Sequence record: OR352941.1
Origin: Escherichia phage AV111
DNA length: 64,000 bases
Direction: 5' to 3' (one strand)
Positions within the stretch are counted from its first letter, which is position 1. Every line of letters starts with the position of its first letter. The notes below the pieces were generated by a model that saw only the letters and a program-made list of their open reading frames with translations, had not been told where the DNA came from and did no database searches. Below are positions 1-10,423 of this stretch, piece by piece. The translations under genes and the position numbers were made by a program.

Positions 1-274
1 GATGTGGAACTTCATAAACCTTAGGGTTAGGACATTCAATAAAATGCTCATCTAAATCGGTCGAGAATATTAAAGTAAAACAATTACTGAATTTACCAAC
101 ACCGGCCTGATAAATTTTACCTTCAGAAGTTCTAATTTCACAAACTGAGCCGGCATCAGTAACTTCTAAAACTTCAAAAGGCTCAATAAGGTCATATGAG
201 AACATGTTTTTAAGGCGTGGAGTAATATCCCCATTTTTAAAATTCATTTTATAAAAAGTATTAACTTTAAACAT
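1..274 (-). CDS. hypothetical protein; N-terminus in window (ATG at 274), remainder runs off the window start
   Basis: Open minus-strand frame from ATG 272-274 preceded by GAGGAAATT; translation begins MFKVNTFYKMNFKNGDITPRLK and has no stop before position 1. Confidence 0.4.
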   Translation of the reverse strand, partial: MFKVNTFYKMNFKNGDITPRLKNMFSYDLIEPFEVLEVTDAGSVCEIRTSEGKIYQAGVGKFSNCFTLIFSTDLDEHFIECPNPKVYEVPH

Positions 275-279
275 AATTT

Positions 280-298
280 CCTCAGTGGGGGCCGAAGC
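280..298 (-). terminator. imperfect GC stem-loop with CCGAAG core (UUCG-type loop on minus transcript)
   Basis: gtgggggccgaagctccca; one mismatch in stem; lies between the stop of 310..675 and the start at 274. Confidence 0.25.
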
Positions 299-309
299 TC
301 CCAATTAAT

Positions 310-675
310 TTAGATATCAAATTCGTTAAGAACTACATCAAAGATTGCTTCGAGATGTTCAGGTTTAGCTCGGTTACTCAGGATATGACGAATCCAAGTT
401 TTAACCAGAAGTTTACGATTAACACCATTCCAGCAAGGATGAGTACCTAAATCACGCTGACGGAAATCATCATCTAATGCAATTTTAAAATTTGAACCTT
501 CCATCGTGATTGAAACCGTGATACCATTTTCAAATCGCATATAAACGTAATTAGGAGTCATGCACTGTTCGATTTCACAAACTGTACCGTTTTCGTGTTT
601 CCATAAGCAAATAACTTCAGAAGAACCAGCAATACCGTTAGAAACATATTTACGTTCGAAGTTGGTGTAGTTCAT
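310..675 (-). CDS. hypothetical early protein, 121 aa
   Basis: ORF track; shares a CMTP-containing core with the next ORF (paralogue). Confidence 0.55.
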   Translation of the reverse strand: MNYTNFERKYVSNGIAGSSEVICLWKHENGTVCEIEQCMTPNYVYMRFENGITVSITMEGSNFKIALDDDFRQRDLGTHPCWNGVNRKLLVKTWIRHILSNRAKPEHLEAIFDVVLNEFDI

Positions 676-710
676 TTTATTCTCCAGATGTTTAAGTTGT
701 TTGTTGGTAC

Positions 711-745
711 AGGTCTATAATAACATAACCTGTACCAAAGTAAAC
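711..745 (-). promoter_or_regulatory. T4-type early promoter (GTTTAC -35, about 17 nt spacer, TAnnAT -10 on minus strand)
   Basis: plus-strand gtaaac at 740-745 and tctataataac at 713-723; -10 flanked by inverted repeat ttggtacagg / cctgtaccaa. Confidence 0.45.
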
Positions 746-749
746 TGTT

Positions 750-1118
750 TTATGCAACTTTAATCCAATTGTCTAAATTTAAAACACCTTTGGCTTTCAT
801 TTTTTCTATCAGGTTATCTGCTGTAATGCGTCCATTTTGATACCATGTAACATCTTCAGAGTAACCAGTTTCTTCGTCAACATATGTTTCTGAGCGAATT
901 TTACCGGTAATAATAGTTTTTAATTCGTATGTGTCACCCGTGAAAAAGTTTGCTAACACAATTTTCCAAGAGAAATCATCAGAAGGACCTTCAGGGGTCA
1001 TACAACTTACGATCTCAAATTGCTCTTTGTATAACATCCACTGGAATTCTTTAATTTCGATAGCTTTATAACCATCGTGGTCTTTACATTTGATGTATGA
1101 GTTCAGATTGATTTTCAT
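750..1118 (-). CDS. hypothetical early protein, 122 aa (paralogue of 310..675)
   Basis: ORF track; shared VSCMTP / EQCMTP motif. Confidence 0.55.
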   Translation of the reverse strand: MKINLNSYIKCKDHDGYKAIEIKEFQWMLYKEQFEIVSCMTPEGPSDDFSWKIVLANFFTGDTYELKTIITGKIRSETYVDEETGYSEDVTWYQNGRITADNLIEKMKAKGVLNLDNWIKVA

Positions 1119-1154
1119 TTTGTTCTCCAGGTTGTTTTATTGATTAGATGGTAC

Positions 1155-1189
1155 AAGTCTATAGTAACACATCCTACAGGAGAGTAAAC
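1155..1189 (-). promoter_or_regulatory. T4-type early promoter
   Basis: plus-strand gtaaac 1184-1189, agtctatagtaac 1155-1167. Confidence 0.45.
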
Positions 1190-1221
1190 ATCTTTTTAAA
1201 CTTTTTCTGCCCTAAACGCAC

Positions 1222-1246
1222 AAAAGGGAGACCGAAGTCTCCCTAA
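1222..1246 (-). terminator. intrinsic terminator-like hairpin GGGAGAC-UUCG-GUCUCCC followed by U-rich tract
   Basis: gggagaccgaagtctccc at 1226-1243 immediately 3' of the stop of the 1249..1425 ORF. Confidence 0.5.
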
Positions 1247-1248
1247 AA

Positions 1249-1425
1249 TTATGCAACAACCTTTCCAAAACGAGAAGCATCATCTCGAAGAACTGCACGT
1301 GCTCTGCGCATGATCTTCTCAACAGTTTGATTGATACGAGAGTTCGACCCACGCTTGTAGCCAGCGCGTTTAGAATCACCAACTTTCTTTTCAACTGCTT
1401 TCTTTGCTTTAACTTGTTTTGCCAT
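1249..1425 (-). CDS. small basic protein, 58 aa (MAKQVKAKKAVEKKVGDSKRAGYKRGSNSRINQTVEKIMRRARAVLRDDASRFGKVVA)
   Basis: Hand-translated; ATG at 1423-1425 with AAAGAG upstream; Lys/Arg-rich; followed directly by the terminator hairpin; preferred over the overlapping track ORF 1212..1394 in another frame. Confidence 0.4.
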   Translation of the reverse strand: MAKQVKAKKAVEKKVGDSKRAGYKRGSNSRINQTVEKIMRRARAVLRDDASRFGKVVA

Positions 1426-1722
1426 TATAAATTCTCTTTAAATTAAAATGCAGGACTTATTGACATTGCCTGCGCAAGCCCTCAAGGGGAACATAGGTTT
1501 TTGGATATTTAACGACCAGGATAACCATAAACCCGTCATCATACCAACCACGACTTAGACAGATAACCTTTTTCTGACGCGTGATAGTACAAAATACATT
1601 CAAGAGGTACACCGTAAAACTGCCGTGGTCTTAAAACTATAATGATTCGCAAATCATTAATCAGACAGTTCGACGGCTCCTCGATTTTCTAGCCGCACTT
1701 AAGGTAGCGAATCACCTAAAAC

Positions 1723-1971
1723 TTATTTAAGGGTAATAACAAAATGACGTACTGCTTTACGAGCTGCAGAAGCCAAAGGCTTAGCATATTTCAGTTCATC
1801 TTTTGCTTCCAGTTCAGAGGCCAAAGCTGCCTGTACCGGGTTCAGATGTTTGAAATAATGCAGGATTTCCAGTGCTTCGGCTTCAACATCAATAGATGCG
1901 CCATAGTTTTCATGACCATTATTCCATGCGTTTCGTTGCAGTTCAAGAGCGTGTTGTAATTGTTTAATCAT
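1723..1971 (-). CDS. rIII: rIII lysis-inhibition accessory protein, 82 aa
   Basis: Length and sequence recognised as T4 rIII-like; position next to gene 31. Confidence 0.8.
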   Translation of the reverse strand: MIKQLQHALELQRNAWNNGHENYGASIDVEAEALEILHYFKHLNPVQAALASELEAKDELKYAKPLASAARKAVRHFVITLK

Positions 1972-2087
1972 TTTAAATTCTCAATTCGAGATAATATTTA
2001 GTAGCCACGTTCGTCTGAATTTCACCTTCTTTCGACAAGTCTCTCAGTTGTAGGCTACCGCTTAGAAGAGTGTTCTCTTCATATAGT

Positions 2088-2095
2088 TATTTATA
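2088..2095 (-). promoter_or_regulatory. possible late promoter TATAAATA (minus strand) upstream of rIII
   Basis: plus-strand tatttata at 2088-2095 in the 31-rIII gap. Confidence 0.3.
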
Positions 2096-2428
2096 TCACT
2101 TATAAAGACACGGAATAGCTTTATAGTGGCATGTTACGAATTTCTGTTTAATTTCTTTAGGTTGTTTAAGTCCCAAAGCCACAAATGGATGTGGAACATT
2201 TCGAATTTGTCCAACTGGTAGTGGAGTCAAATCACCGACTTCAACAAAACCTTCAGGAACATCAGGACCTACAGAATGAACTACACATAGTTCAGGAACT
2301 TCACCTTGAACACGTTTACCAATCACAAGTCCTGATTCGGTAACTTCTTCATCACCCGCTTGAGCGGGTTCAGAAACCAGAATGACATATTCACCAACAG
2401 CACGAATTGGGAGTTGTACTTCAGACAT
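2096..2428 (-). CDS. 31: gp31 co-chaperonin (GroES-like), 110 aa
   Basis: [34 protein letters not shown]... recognised as T4 gp31. Confidence 0.9.
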   Translation of the reverse strand: MSEVQLPIRAVGEYVILVSEPAQAGDEEVTESGLVIGKRVQGEVPELCVVHSVGPDVPEGFVEVGDLTPLPVGQIRNVPHPFVALGLKQPKEIKQKFVTCHYKAIPCLYK

Positions 2429-2485
2429 CTTATTTCCTTGTTGTTTGACGATAGATTAATAATACCATACTATTCGTAAAGCATA

Positions 2486-2794
2486 TTACATAAGAAGCAA
2501 ACGTTCTACCGGAGTACCATCAACCGAAATTACTTTATCAAGGCGGAAAGAACGCCACTGGCCTAACTTGGTATCGAATGCTCGAACTGATTCACGAGGT
2601 TCATAACGAACTTCTGTTGCCGGATTGTTATTTTCATATTTGACTTCAAGTTCATCGCGGGAGGCAAACATCGTACGAACATCACCGTTAGCCTTTTCAA
2701 ATACAACACAATGAACGCCTACAGACAGAATAGTTTTAATACGTTCACGAAGAACCATAGTTTCTTGTTCAGTTAAAATCATATTATTCACCAC
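2486..2794 (-). CDS. hypothetical protein, 102 aa (31.1 position)
   Basis: ORF track; synteny. Confidence 0.55.
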   Translation of the reverse strand: MVNNMILTEQETMVLRERIKTILSVGVHCVVFEKANGDVRTMFASRDELEVKYENNNPATEVRYEPRESVRAFDTKLGQWRSFRLDKVISVDGTPVERLLLM

Positions 2795-3365
2795 AAAAGT
2801 TTCGGATTTGTTCCCAATTCAGAGAACGAAGATTATTACGAGAGTACTGAATTACTTCAATACCGGCTTGTTTTAGAATGTCTGCCCAATTTTCAGGAGA
2901 TCTGTCATATAATTCTGCGTATACAACCTTTTTAATACCTGACTGTGTAATAGCTTTAGTGCAATCAGGACATGGAGAAAGCGTCGTATACAACGTAGCA
3001 CCTTCAATAGAATTACCTTTACGAGCTGCAAACAAAATTGCATTCAGTTCCGCATGGATTTCATTATTAGCAGACCATGCACTATGAGCGGCCCGATGTT
3101 CTTTAGCCAAAACAAAATTATCTGCCCGTCCAAATGCTGTAGTGCCTTCTTTATGCCCAGCAACGATGACCGGGCTTGGTTTATTCTTCAACCAACCGTT
3201 TTCGGATGCATGTTCACAACAGTTAACACCACCGGCCGGGCTACCGTTATACCCAGTAGAAATAATGCGCCCATCTTTTTCAATGACTGCGCCAACTTTC
3301 CATGAACAACATTTTGATTCTTGAGAAATCAGATATGCAATCTGAAGGTATGTGCTAGCTTTCAT
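2784..3365 (-). CDS. cd: dCMP deaminase, 193 aa
   Basis: Zinc-binding deaminase motifs CEHASE (HAE) and SPCPDC (PCxxC); length matches T4 Cd. Confidence 0.9.
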   Translation of the reverse strand: MKASTYLQIAYLISQESKCCSWKVGAVIEKDGRIISTGYNGSPAGGVNCCEHASENGWLKNKPSPVIVAGHKEGTTAFGRADNFVLAKEHRAAHSAWSANNEIHAELNAILFAARKGNSIEGATLYTTLSPCPDCTKAITQSGIKKVVYAELYDRSPENWADILKQAGIEVIQYSRNNLRSLNWEQIRNFCGE

Positions 3366-4357
3366 TATTGAACCTTATTAATATAAGTTAACAGCTCTTT
3401 AGTTTGTTCCCAACTGATGCACGCATCGGTAACGGAAACGCCATAGGACATATTATCAGAAATTTTTTGATTTCCTTCATGTAGGAATGATTCTATCATA
3501 ATTCCTTTGACCAAATCATTAGCTGCTAAATTTTTACCAATACCAATTTGATTGCTATAATGCCCAGCAGCGTTTGCATGGCTACAGTCAACCATTACAT
3601 AATGATTCAGACCTACTGCACTTGCTTTGTTAGAAGCTTCTTGAATATCAGAAGAATGATAGTTCGGGCCGTTGGTCCCGCCACGCAATACGATATGCGT
3701 ATTCTGATTACCTTCAGCTTCAACAATGCCTACAGTACCATCGACGTCCATACCCATATACCGATGTGGCCAGGCGGCACTATACATCGCGTCTGTAGCT
3801 ACTTTAATAGAACCATTGGTTGCGTTCTTAAAGCCTACGCACATCGGTAGACCTGAAGCAATTTCACGATGTGTCTGACTTTCAGTCGTACGGGCTCCAA
3901 TAGCAACCCATGAGAAAATACCAGAAAGATACTTAATCGTGAATGGGTCTAATACTTCAGTTGCTAATGGAAGTCCCATACGTAGAAGTTTACGACACAA
4001 TGTTCGTGCAACTATAAGACCGTGGTTCATATCAAAACTTCCGTCAAGATATGGATCATTTACAAGACCTTTCCAACCTACGGTAGTTCGAGGCTTTTCA
4101 AAATAAACGCGCATCACTAACAGAACATTAGGAAGACGAGTTTGAAGTTCAGCCAGACGTTTGCCGTATTCAACAGCAGCAATAGGGTCATGAATTGAAC
4201 AAGGACCTACAACAATAAGTTTGCGTGGGTCTTCACCGTTCATAATCGAATTAACTTGTTCGCGATGAGAAGCCACTTGTGATGCGTAAGCTTCCGACAA
4301 AGGAATAATCTCAGCCAGTTCTTTTGGAGAAATAAGTTTTCTGACGACAGGTAACAT
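3365..4357 (-). CDS. 3-deoxy-D-arabino-heptulosonate-7-phosphate (DAHP) synthase, class I (AroG/F/H-like), 330 aa
   Basis: Hallmark motifs LIVVGPCSIHDP and RVYFEKPRTTVGWKGL; not part of the T4 reference gene set as I recall it. Confidence 0.8.
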   Translation of the reverse strand: MLPVVRKLISPKELAEIIPLSEAYASQVASHREQVNSIMNGEDPRKLIVVGPCSIHDPIAAVEYGKRLAELQTRLPNVLLVMRVYFEKPRTTVGWKGLVNDPYLDGSFDMNHGLIVARTLCRKLLRMGLPLATEVLDPFTIKYLSGIFSWVAIGARTTESQTHREIASGLPMCVGFKNATNGSIKVATDAMYSAAWPHRYMGMDVDGTVGIVEAEGNQNTHIVLRGGTNGPNYHSSDIQEASNKASAVGLNHYVMVDCSHANAAGHYSNQIGIGKNLAANDLVKGIMIESFLHEGNQKISDNMSYGVSVTDACISWEQTKELLTYINKVQ

Positions 4358-4477
4358 AACAATCCTTAGGAGATATAAACAGATTCTGATTCAACAATAC
4401 CTTTAACCGGATTAGACAGGCTAAGTTGGTAGTGCTCAGATTTATGACCATTCTCGATAGTAATGAGATAGCTCTCA

Positions 4478-4714
4478 TTATAGTGTTCCATATACTCGAG
4501 TTGCTTCAACAAGACCATCACTGCCTAATTTAAGATTAGTAATTTGGTCACCATCTTTAGGATTAACGATTATGAGAAAAGAACGTGGAGATTCTTGAAT
4601 AACTCGTAATGTTGCATCTTGGAAACGTTCAGACACTTTATTGATGAGTGCTTGAGCAAATTCTTTTACTTTAATCTGAAATTCGTGTACTGTAATTGGG
4701 TTTTCACTTAACAT
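4478..4714 (-). CDS. hypothetical protein, 78 aa
   Basis: ORF track; early promoter upstream. Confidence 0.5.
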   Translation of the reverse strand: MLSENPITVHEFQIKVKEFAQALINKVSERFQDATLRVIQESPRSFLIIVNPKDGDQITNLKLGSDGLVEATRVYGTL

Positions 4715-4737
4715 TCTGTTTTCCTCATTTTGGTAGA

Positions 4738-4770
4738 GTTATAGTATCACAACTCCACCGCGTTGTAAAC
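4738..4770 (-). promoter_or_regulatory. T4-type early promoter
   Basis: plus-strand gtaaac 4765-4770; ttatagtatcac 4739-4750. Confidence 0.45.
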
Positions 4771-4772
4771 CA

Positions 4773-5048
4773 TTAAATTGCTTTGCATTCAATTTTTTGT
4801 GTACCGAAATTGATATCACATTGGATAACTAAATCGCCGTCAAGATCAAATACCACGATGGCGTGTGCAGACCCAGGGAGAAGAGTAATAGCAATAGAAT
4901 CTACTTGGTCTGGGAGCAAAGCATTGAGTACATGAGTTAGTTGAGCATGAACTCTGAGTTCGGCCGCATTATCAAGCACTTCAAACATATTATTAGCAAT
5001 AATCTGACTGAAGACTACCTTTACAATTTCAGAATAAGTTGGGAACAT
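4773..5048 (-). CDS. hypothetical protein, 91 aa
   Basis: ORF track. Confidence 0.5.
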   Translation of the reverse strand: MFPTYSEIVKVVFSQIIANNMFEVLDNAAELRVHAQLTHVLNALLPDQVDSIAITLLPGSAHAIVVFDLDGDLVIQCDINFGTQKIECKAI

Positions 5049-5055
5049 AATTACC

Positions 5056-5280
5056 TCAGTGCACAGTATTTACTTTAACTCGAACAACAAATCGCTCGGT
5101 TGGTTCACCTACAGGAACAAACTCTACATGATATTCACCTTTGTAACGAGTATTCAGATCATTACGAATTCCTGCGAGTTTGTTGATTAATGTAGGACTC
5201 ATATTAAGTCCCACTAGTTCACGAAGCATTTTGTATGCTTCATCTTCGATTTCATGATGTTTATCGTACATAGTTTTCAT
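5056..5280 (-). CDS. hypothetical protein, 74 aa
   Basis: ORF track. Confidence 0.5.
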   Translation of the reverse strand: MKTMYDKHHEIEDEAYKMLRELVGLNMSPTLINKLAGIRNDLNTRYKGEYHVEFVPVGEPTERFVVRVKVNTVH

Positions 5281-5451
5281 TTAACCATTCAATTGCCTGG
5301 TCGACGTTATCAAATATACCGCCGACCAAACGTTCTTCATGCTCATAGTCCAGCACATCAATACCGAACTGTCCATTTACTAAAGGCCAGGCTACAAACA
5401 AATATTCTTTATGCTGTTCGATGGCCTCAATCACTTCATATAATCGTTTCA

Positions 5452-5452
<1 letters not shown>
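5261..5452 (-). CDS. hypothetical protein, 63 aa
   Basis: ORF track; tight packing against pseT. Confidence 0.45.
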
Positions 5453-6538
<1,086 letters not shown>

Positions 6539-6539
<1 letters not shown>

Positions 6540-6838
6540 TATTTGATTCCTAAGAAAGCTTCAAGAATACGAATGTTGAGTTCGCGCCGGTCTTTATTAA
6601 TTTCAGCAACGTTTTTATTAATTGACGTACTTCTAACGTTTGAAGAAATAAATTTAATCATATGACTTTTGAGTTGTTGCAAATCCAACCCTTTTTCTTT
6701 AGCAGCTTTACGAAGAGCTTTACCTGCTTCATCTAGTGCCTTTGCTGCATCTTTGTCATAATTGCCAGGTGACATTCCACGACAGATATCAACATACTCA
6801 TCAGACCGTTTGATGTAATTCTCTAGTAATGTTTTCAT
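6539..6838 (-). CDS. hypothetical protein, 99 aa
   Basis: ORF track; GAGGAA SD; early promoter upstream. Confidence 0.5.
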
Positions 6839-6866
6839 TTAGATTTCCTCAATTATCCATAGGAGC

Positions 6867-6896
6867 ATTATACTCTGCTCCTGAGAGTTTGTAAAC
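6867..6896 (-). promoter_or_regulatory. T4-type early promoter, -10 TATAAT flanked by inverted repeat AGGAGCA / TGCTCCT
   Basis: plus-strand attata 6867-6872, gtaaac 6891-6896; inverted repeat arms 6861-6867 and 6876-6882. Confidence 0.5.
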
Positions 6897-7120
6897 TATT
6901 TTACTAAAGATTCAATATACTCGTGAAGAGTTTTAGTCGCTACTGCCCACTTATTCTGATATTCATTTTTCAGATTAGCACGAGACTGAACTAACAATCG
7001 GTCATTAGTCGGAGGCAAAGATTCTAATCGTTGAATCTGGCGCCCATAAATCATAGCCGCCATTTCAGATTCATAGATAAGCCCTTTAATGTATTCATGC
7101 TGTTCTTTAGTCATTGGCAT
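6896..7120 (-). CDS. hypothetical protein, 74 aa
   Basis: ORF track. Confidence 0.45.
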   Translation of the reverse strand: MPMTKEQHEYIKGLIYESEMAAMIYGRQIQRLESLPPTNDRLLVQSRANLKNEYQNKWAVATKTLHEYIESLVK

Positions 7121-7401
7121 TTTTCCTCTTTTAAACCACTACGATAATAACATAACATAGTCTTCTGGTCATGTATATATCTTTTTACGTCGTTTAACCA
7201 GATACGAAATTCTTGAGAGTCTTCAAATGGCATTCCAACCCACGGATTACCATCAATAACCTTTACTTGCCATTTCTGGTTATATTCGGAAATAGGCGTA
7301 GGCCATGAAGGATGTAAAGTTTCTTTAGGGCTTACTGGCACATCCTGAGTACATCCAACTAGGAGACCAATAGATAATACAGCCACAGTTAATTTAATCA
7401 T
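7111..7401 (-). CDS. putative lipoprotein, 96 aa
   Basis: N-terminal signal peptide with lipobox-like LLVGC. Confidence 0.5.
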   Translation of the reverse strand: MIKLTVAVLSIGLLVGCTQDVPVSPKETLHPSWPTPISEYNQKWQVKVIDGNPWVGMPFEDSQEFRIWLNDVKRYIHDQKTMLCYYRSGLKEEKCQ

Positions 7402-7754
7402 TCTGAGAGCTTCCTGAGGTCTTCTGCAAAGGAATCGAAGGACCTGTTGATTTGTTTTTCGACCAATCCTGGCTTACTTGCCACCACGTTCTTCTTCTTC
7501 GAATCCTTACGGAGCTTTTCATTTTCAGCCTTAAGTTGGTCAACTAAAACACGGTTCTTATAAGTCATTTCTTCGATTGACTGATATTGAATCTTGAAGT
7601 CGTCTAATACTTTAGCATTGTTTTTAGCAGTCTCTTTAACAGAAGCCAATTCAGTATTCAGCGAATCAACTTTGTTGTTTAAGACAACTATTGTTATAGT
7701 AGAAACTAGAGCAAAAGCTGTTACTATAGCATAAATCGGATTTACTTTAAGCAT
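7398..7754 (-). CDS. putative membrane-anchored coiled-coil protein, 118 aa
   Basis: Hydrophobic N-terminal segment AIVTAFALVSTITIVVL followed by a charged helical region. Confidence 0.5.
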   Translation of the reverse strand: MLKVNPIYAIVTAFALVSTITIVVLNNKVDSLNTELASVKETAKNNAKVLDDFKIQYQSIEEMTYKNRVLVDQLKAENEKLRKDSKKKNVVASKPGLVEKQINRSFDSFAEDLRKLSE

Positions 7755-8242
7755 GTTTTAATAATCTCAATGATTTCATCTCGGGATAATCCATTGATAA
7801 GAACGGTTTTCAAACCATCACACTGGATTTTGTATGATTCAAACAATACACACAACTCTTCTGCTGTATGATATGGACTTGAAATTCCGAGGCGGTTGAA
7901 TTTGTCGGTAAGAGGGTCGCAAATAATATAGAATTTGATACCTGCGATATGTACGTTTGGTTGACTAATATTAATGAACACATTAGCGTCATATTTAGTC
8001 AAATTGTTTTGAAGAAATTCTACCATAGCATTAACTGCTTCTGGCATCGCTTCGCGTTTCTCTTCAGCGTATCGGGTTGAATACTCTTTTTGTTTTACTT
8101 TCTTTTTAAGATTTTTGGCCAGTGTAACACGTAGGTCAGTAAGATAACCAACTGGACGTCCTTTCTTAAAGACCCGGATTCCGTCAGTTGTGTCTCCAAA
8201 AGCGTTTACGACCATATCGTTAGTAATCAATTGCATATTCAT
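7742..8242 (-). CDS. alc: probable Alc (host transcription unfolding/termination protein), about 166 aa
   Basis: Position between pseT cluster and rnlA; start moved to ATG 8240-8242 (MNMQLI...) which has GAGGAGA 6 nt upstream; the longer track ORF start lies inside the promoter. Confidence 0.5.
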   Translation of the reverse strand: MNMQLITNDMVVNAFGDTTDGIRVFKKGRPVGYLTDLRVTLAKNLKKKVKQKEYSTRYAEEKREAMPEAVNAMVEFLQNNLTKYDANVFINISQPNVHIAGIKFYIICDPLTDKFNRLGISSPYHTAEELCVLFESYKIQCDGLKTVLINGLSRDEIIEIIKTCLK

Positions 8243-8270
8243 AATTTTCTCCTCGTGTTGTTGATAAACC

Positions 8271-8301
8271 CATAGTATCACCATCCTTGGTGTTTGTAAA
8301 C
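8271..8301 (-). promoter_or_regulatory. T4-type early promoter with CCAAGGATGG spacer motif
   Basis: plus-strand gtaaac 8296-8301; catagtatca 8271-8280; spacer contains ccatccttgg. Confidence 0.45.
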
Positions 8302-8303
8302 CG

Positions 8304-9437
<1,134 letters not shown>

Positions 9438-9451
9438 TCAGTTAGTTTTTT

Positions 9452-9484
9452 TAAATTGTACCACAATCCTTGTGGTATGTAAAC
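9452..9484 (-). promoter_or_regulatory. T4-type early promoter
   Basis: plus-strand gtaaac 9479-9484; spacer inverted repeat taccacaa / ttgtggta. Confidence 0.4.
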
Positions 9485-9894
9485 TACTTTTTCTTATGTT
9501 GGATATTCCAAGGCGGGTTGAACTTTTTGATAAAAAGTGGTTCTTCAAGGTCCATTGTTGCGATGGTCATTGAACCAAGTTCGTTGGTGACTGAAAGGTC
9601 AAAACATTGGCGGGCCCAGAATTCAACCTTTTTGCCTTGCATTAAGGCATCCAAAATCATAAGTGATTTTCTTGAATCTGAAGTCTGGTCTTTTCGATTT
9701 ATGGCTGTTCGATAATAGTTAATGCGTTTCTTTAAATTCTTGGTTTTACCAATATACACGAGTTCGTCATCTATAGCAATAGCATATATGACATTTTTCT
9801 TATTAGGGACATCAACTGTTTTAATTGTTGCATCTTCTAATAGCTCCAATTCTGTATATTTAATAAAGGAATATTCGGCGGCGATATCTTTCAT
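9484..9894 (-). CDS. denA: endonuclease II (GIY-YIG family), 136 aa
   Basis: GIY-YIG-like VYIGKT ... RINYY; length matches T4 DenA; position between rnlA and nrdB. Confidence 0.8.
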   Translation of the reverse strand: MKDIAAEYSFIKYTELELLEDATIKTVDVPNKKNVIYAIAIDDELVYIGKTKNLKKRINYYRTAINRKDQTSDSRKSLMILDALMQGKKVEFWARQCFDLSVTNELGSMTIATMDLEEPLFIKKFNPPWNIQHKKK

Positions 9895-9898
9895 AATA

Positions 9899-9917
9899 AA
9901 GTGGGACCGAAGTCCCG
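9899..9917 (-). other. stem-loop GGGAC-UUCG-GUCCC between nrdB and denA
   Basis: gggaccgaagtccc at 9902-9915. Confidence 0.35.
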
Positions 9918-9920
9918 TCC

Positions 9921-10423
9921 TTAGAAATATTTTTTGTATGAATTGATTACATTTTGGTCTACATCATTATCAATTTGTGCGACAAGATAAGAACTGATTT
10001 CAACTTCTTGTGGGGCTGCTTGAACCAAATCAGAGTTCAAATACTCACGAATCCATGGAATAGGATGACGAGTTGATACGTCTTTAAGAGGACATGGCAG
10101 ACCACAACTACGCATACGAGACACGGTAAGATAATCCACAAATTCACTTAGGATTTTAACATTTAGACCTGGAAGAGCACCATCTTTAAACAAGTGTTCA
10201 GCCCATTCTTTTTCTTGAGCGTTAACTTCCATGAAAATATCAACTGCTTCTTGTTCACACTCTTGAGCAATTTTGACCCATTCATCACCGTCTTCGCCAT
10301 CTTGTAAAGCACGAATAATATATTGAGTGCCCTTGAGGTGAAGCTGTTCATCACGAGCAATGAACTTCATAATCTTGGCATTACCTTCCATGATTTCCAT
10401 GTTCTTATGGAAGTTAAAGGTAC
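9921..10423 (-). CDS. nrdB: ribonucleotide reductase small subunit NrdB, exon 2
   Basis: Frame continues CTFNFHKNMEIMEGNAKIMKFIARDEQLH... when joined to exon 1 at the GCG-T / GT-ACC junction; ends ...SYKKYF. Confidence 0.8.

Noticed and set aside
1212-1394. Track ORF (60 aa, minus strand) between rIII and the 750..1118 gene
   Set aside because: An alternative frame over the same DNA (1249..1425) has an ATG with upstream SD-like sequence, a strongly basic product and a terminator hairpin directly after its stop; the track ORF is Leu-rich with no start context and is treated as a frame shadow.
3548-3850. Plus-strand ORFs embedded in minus-strand genes (for example 3548..3850, 8842..9366, 18333..18842, 20491..20865, 6130..6546, 39922..40218)
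   Set aside because: Each lies antisense inside a well-supported conserved gene (DAHP synthase, rnlA, gene 32, rnh, pseT, rIIA), lacks an SD, and has low-complexity composition; judged to be antisense shadows.
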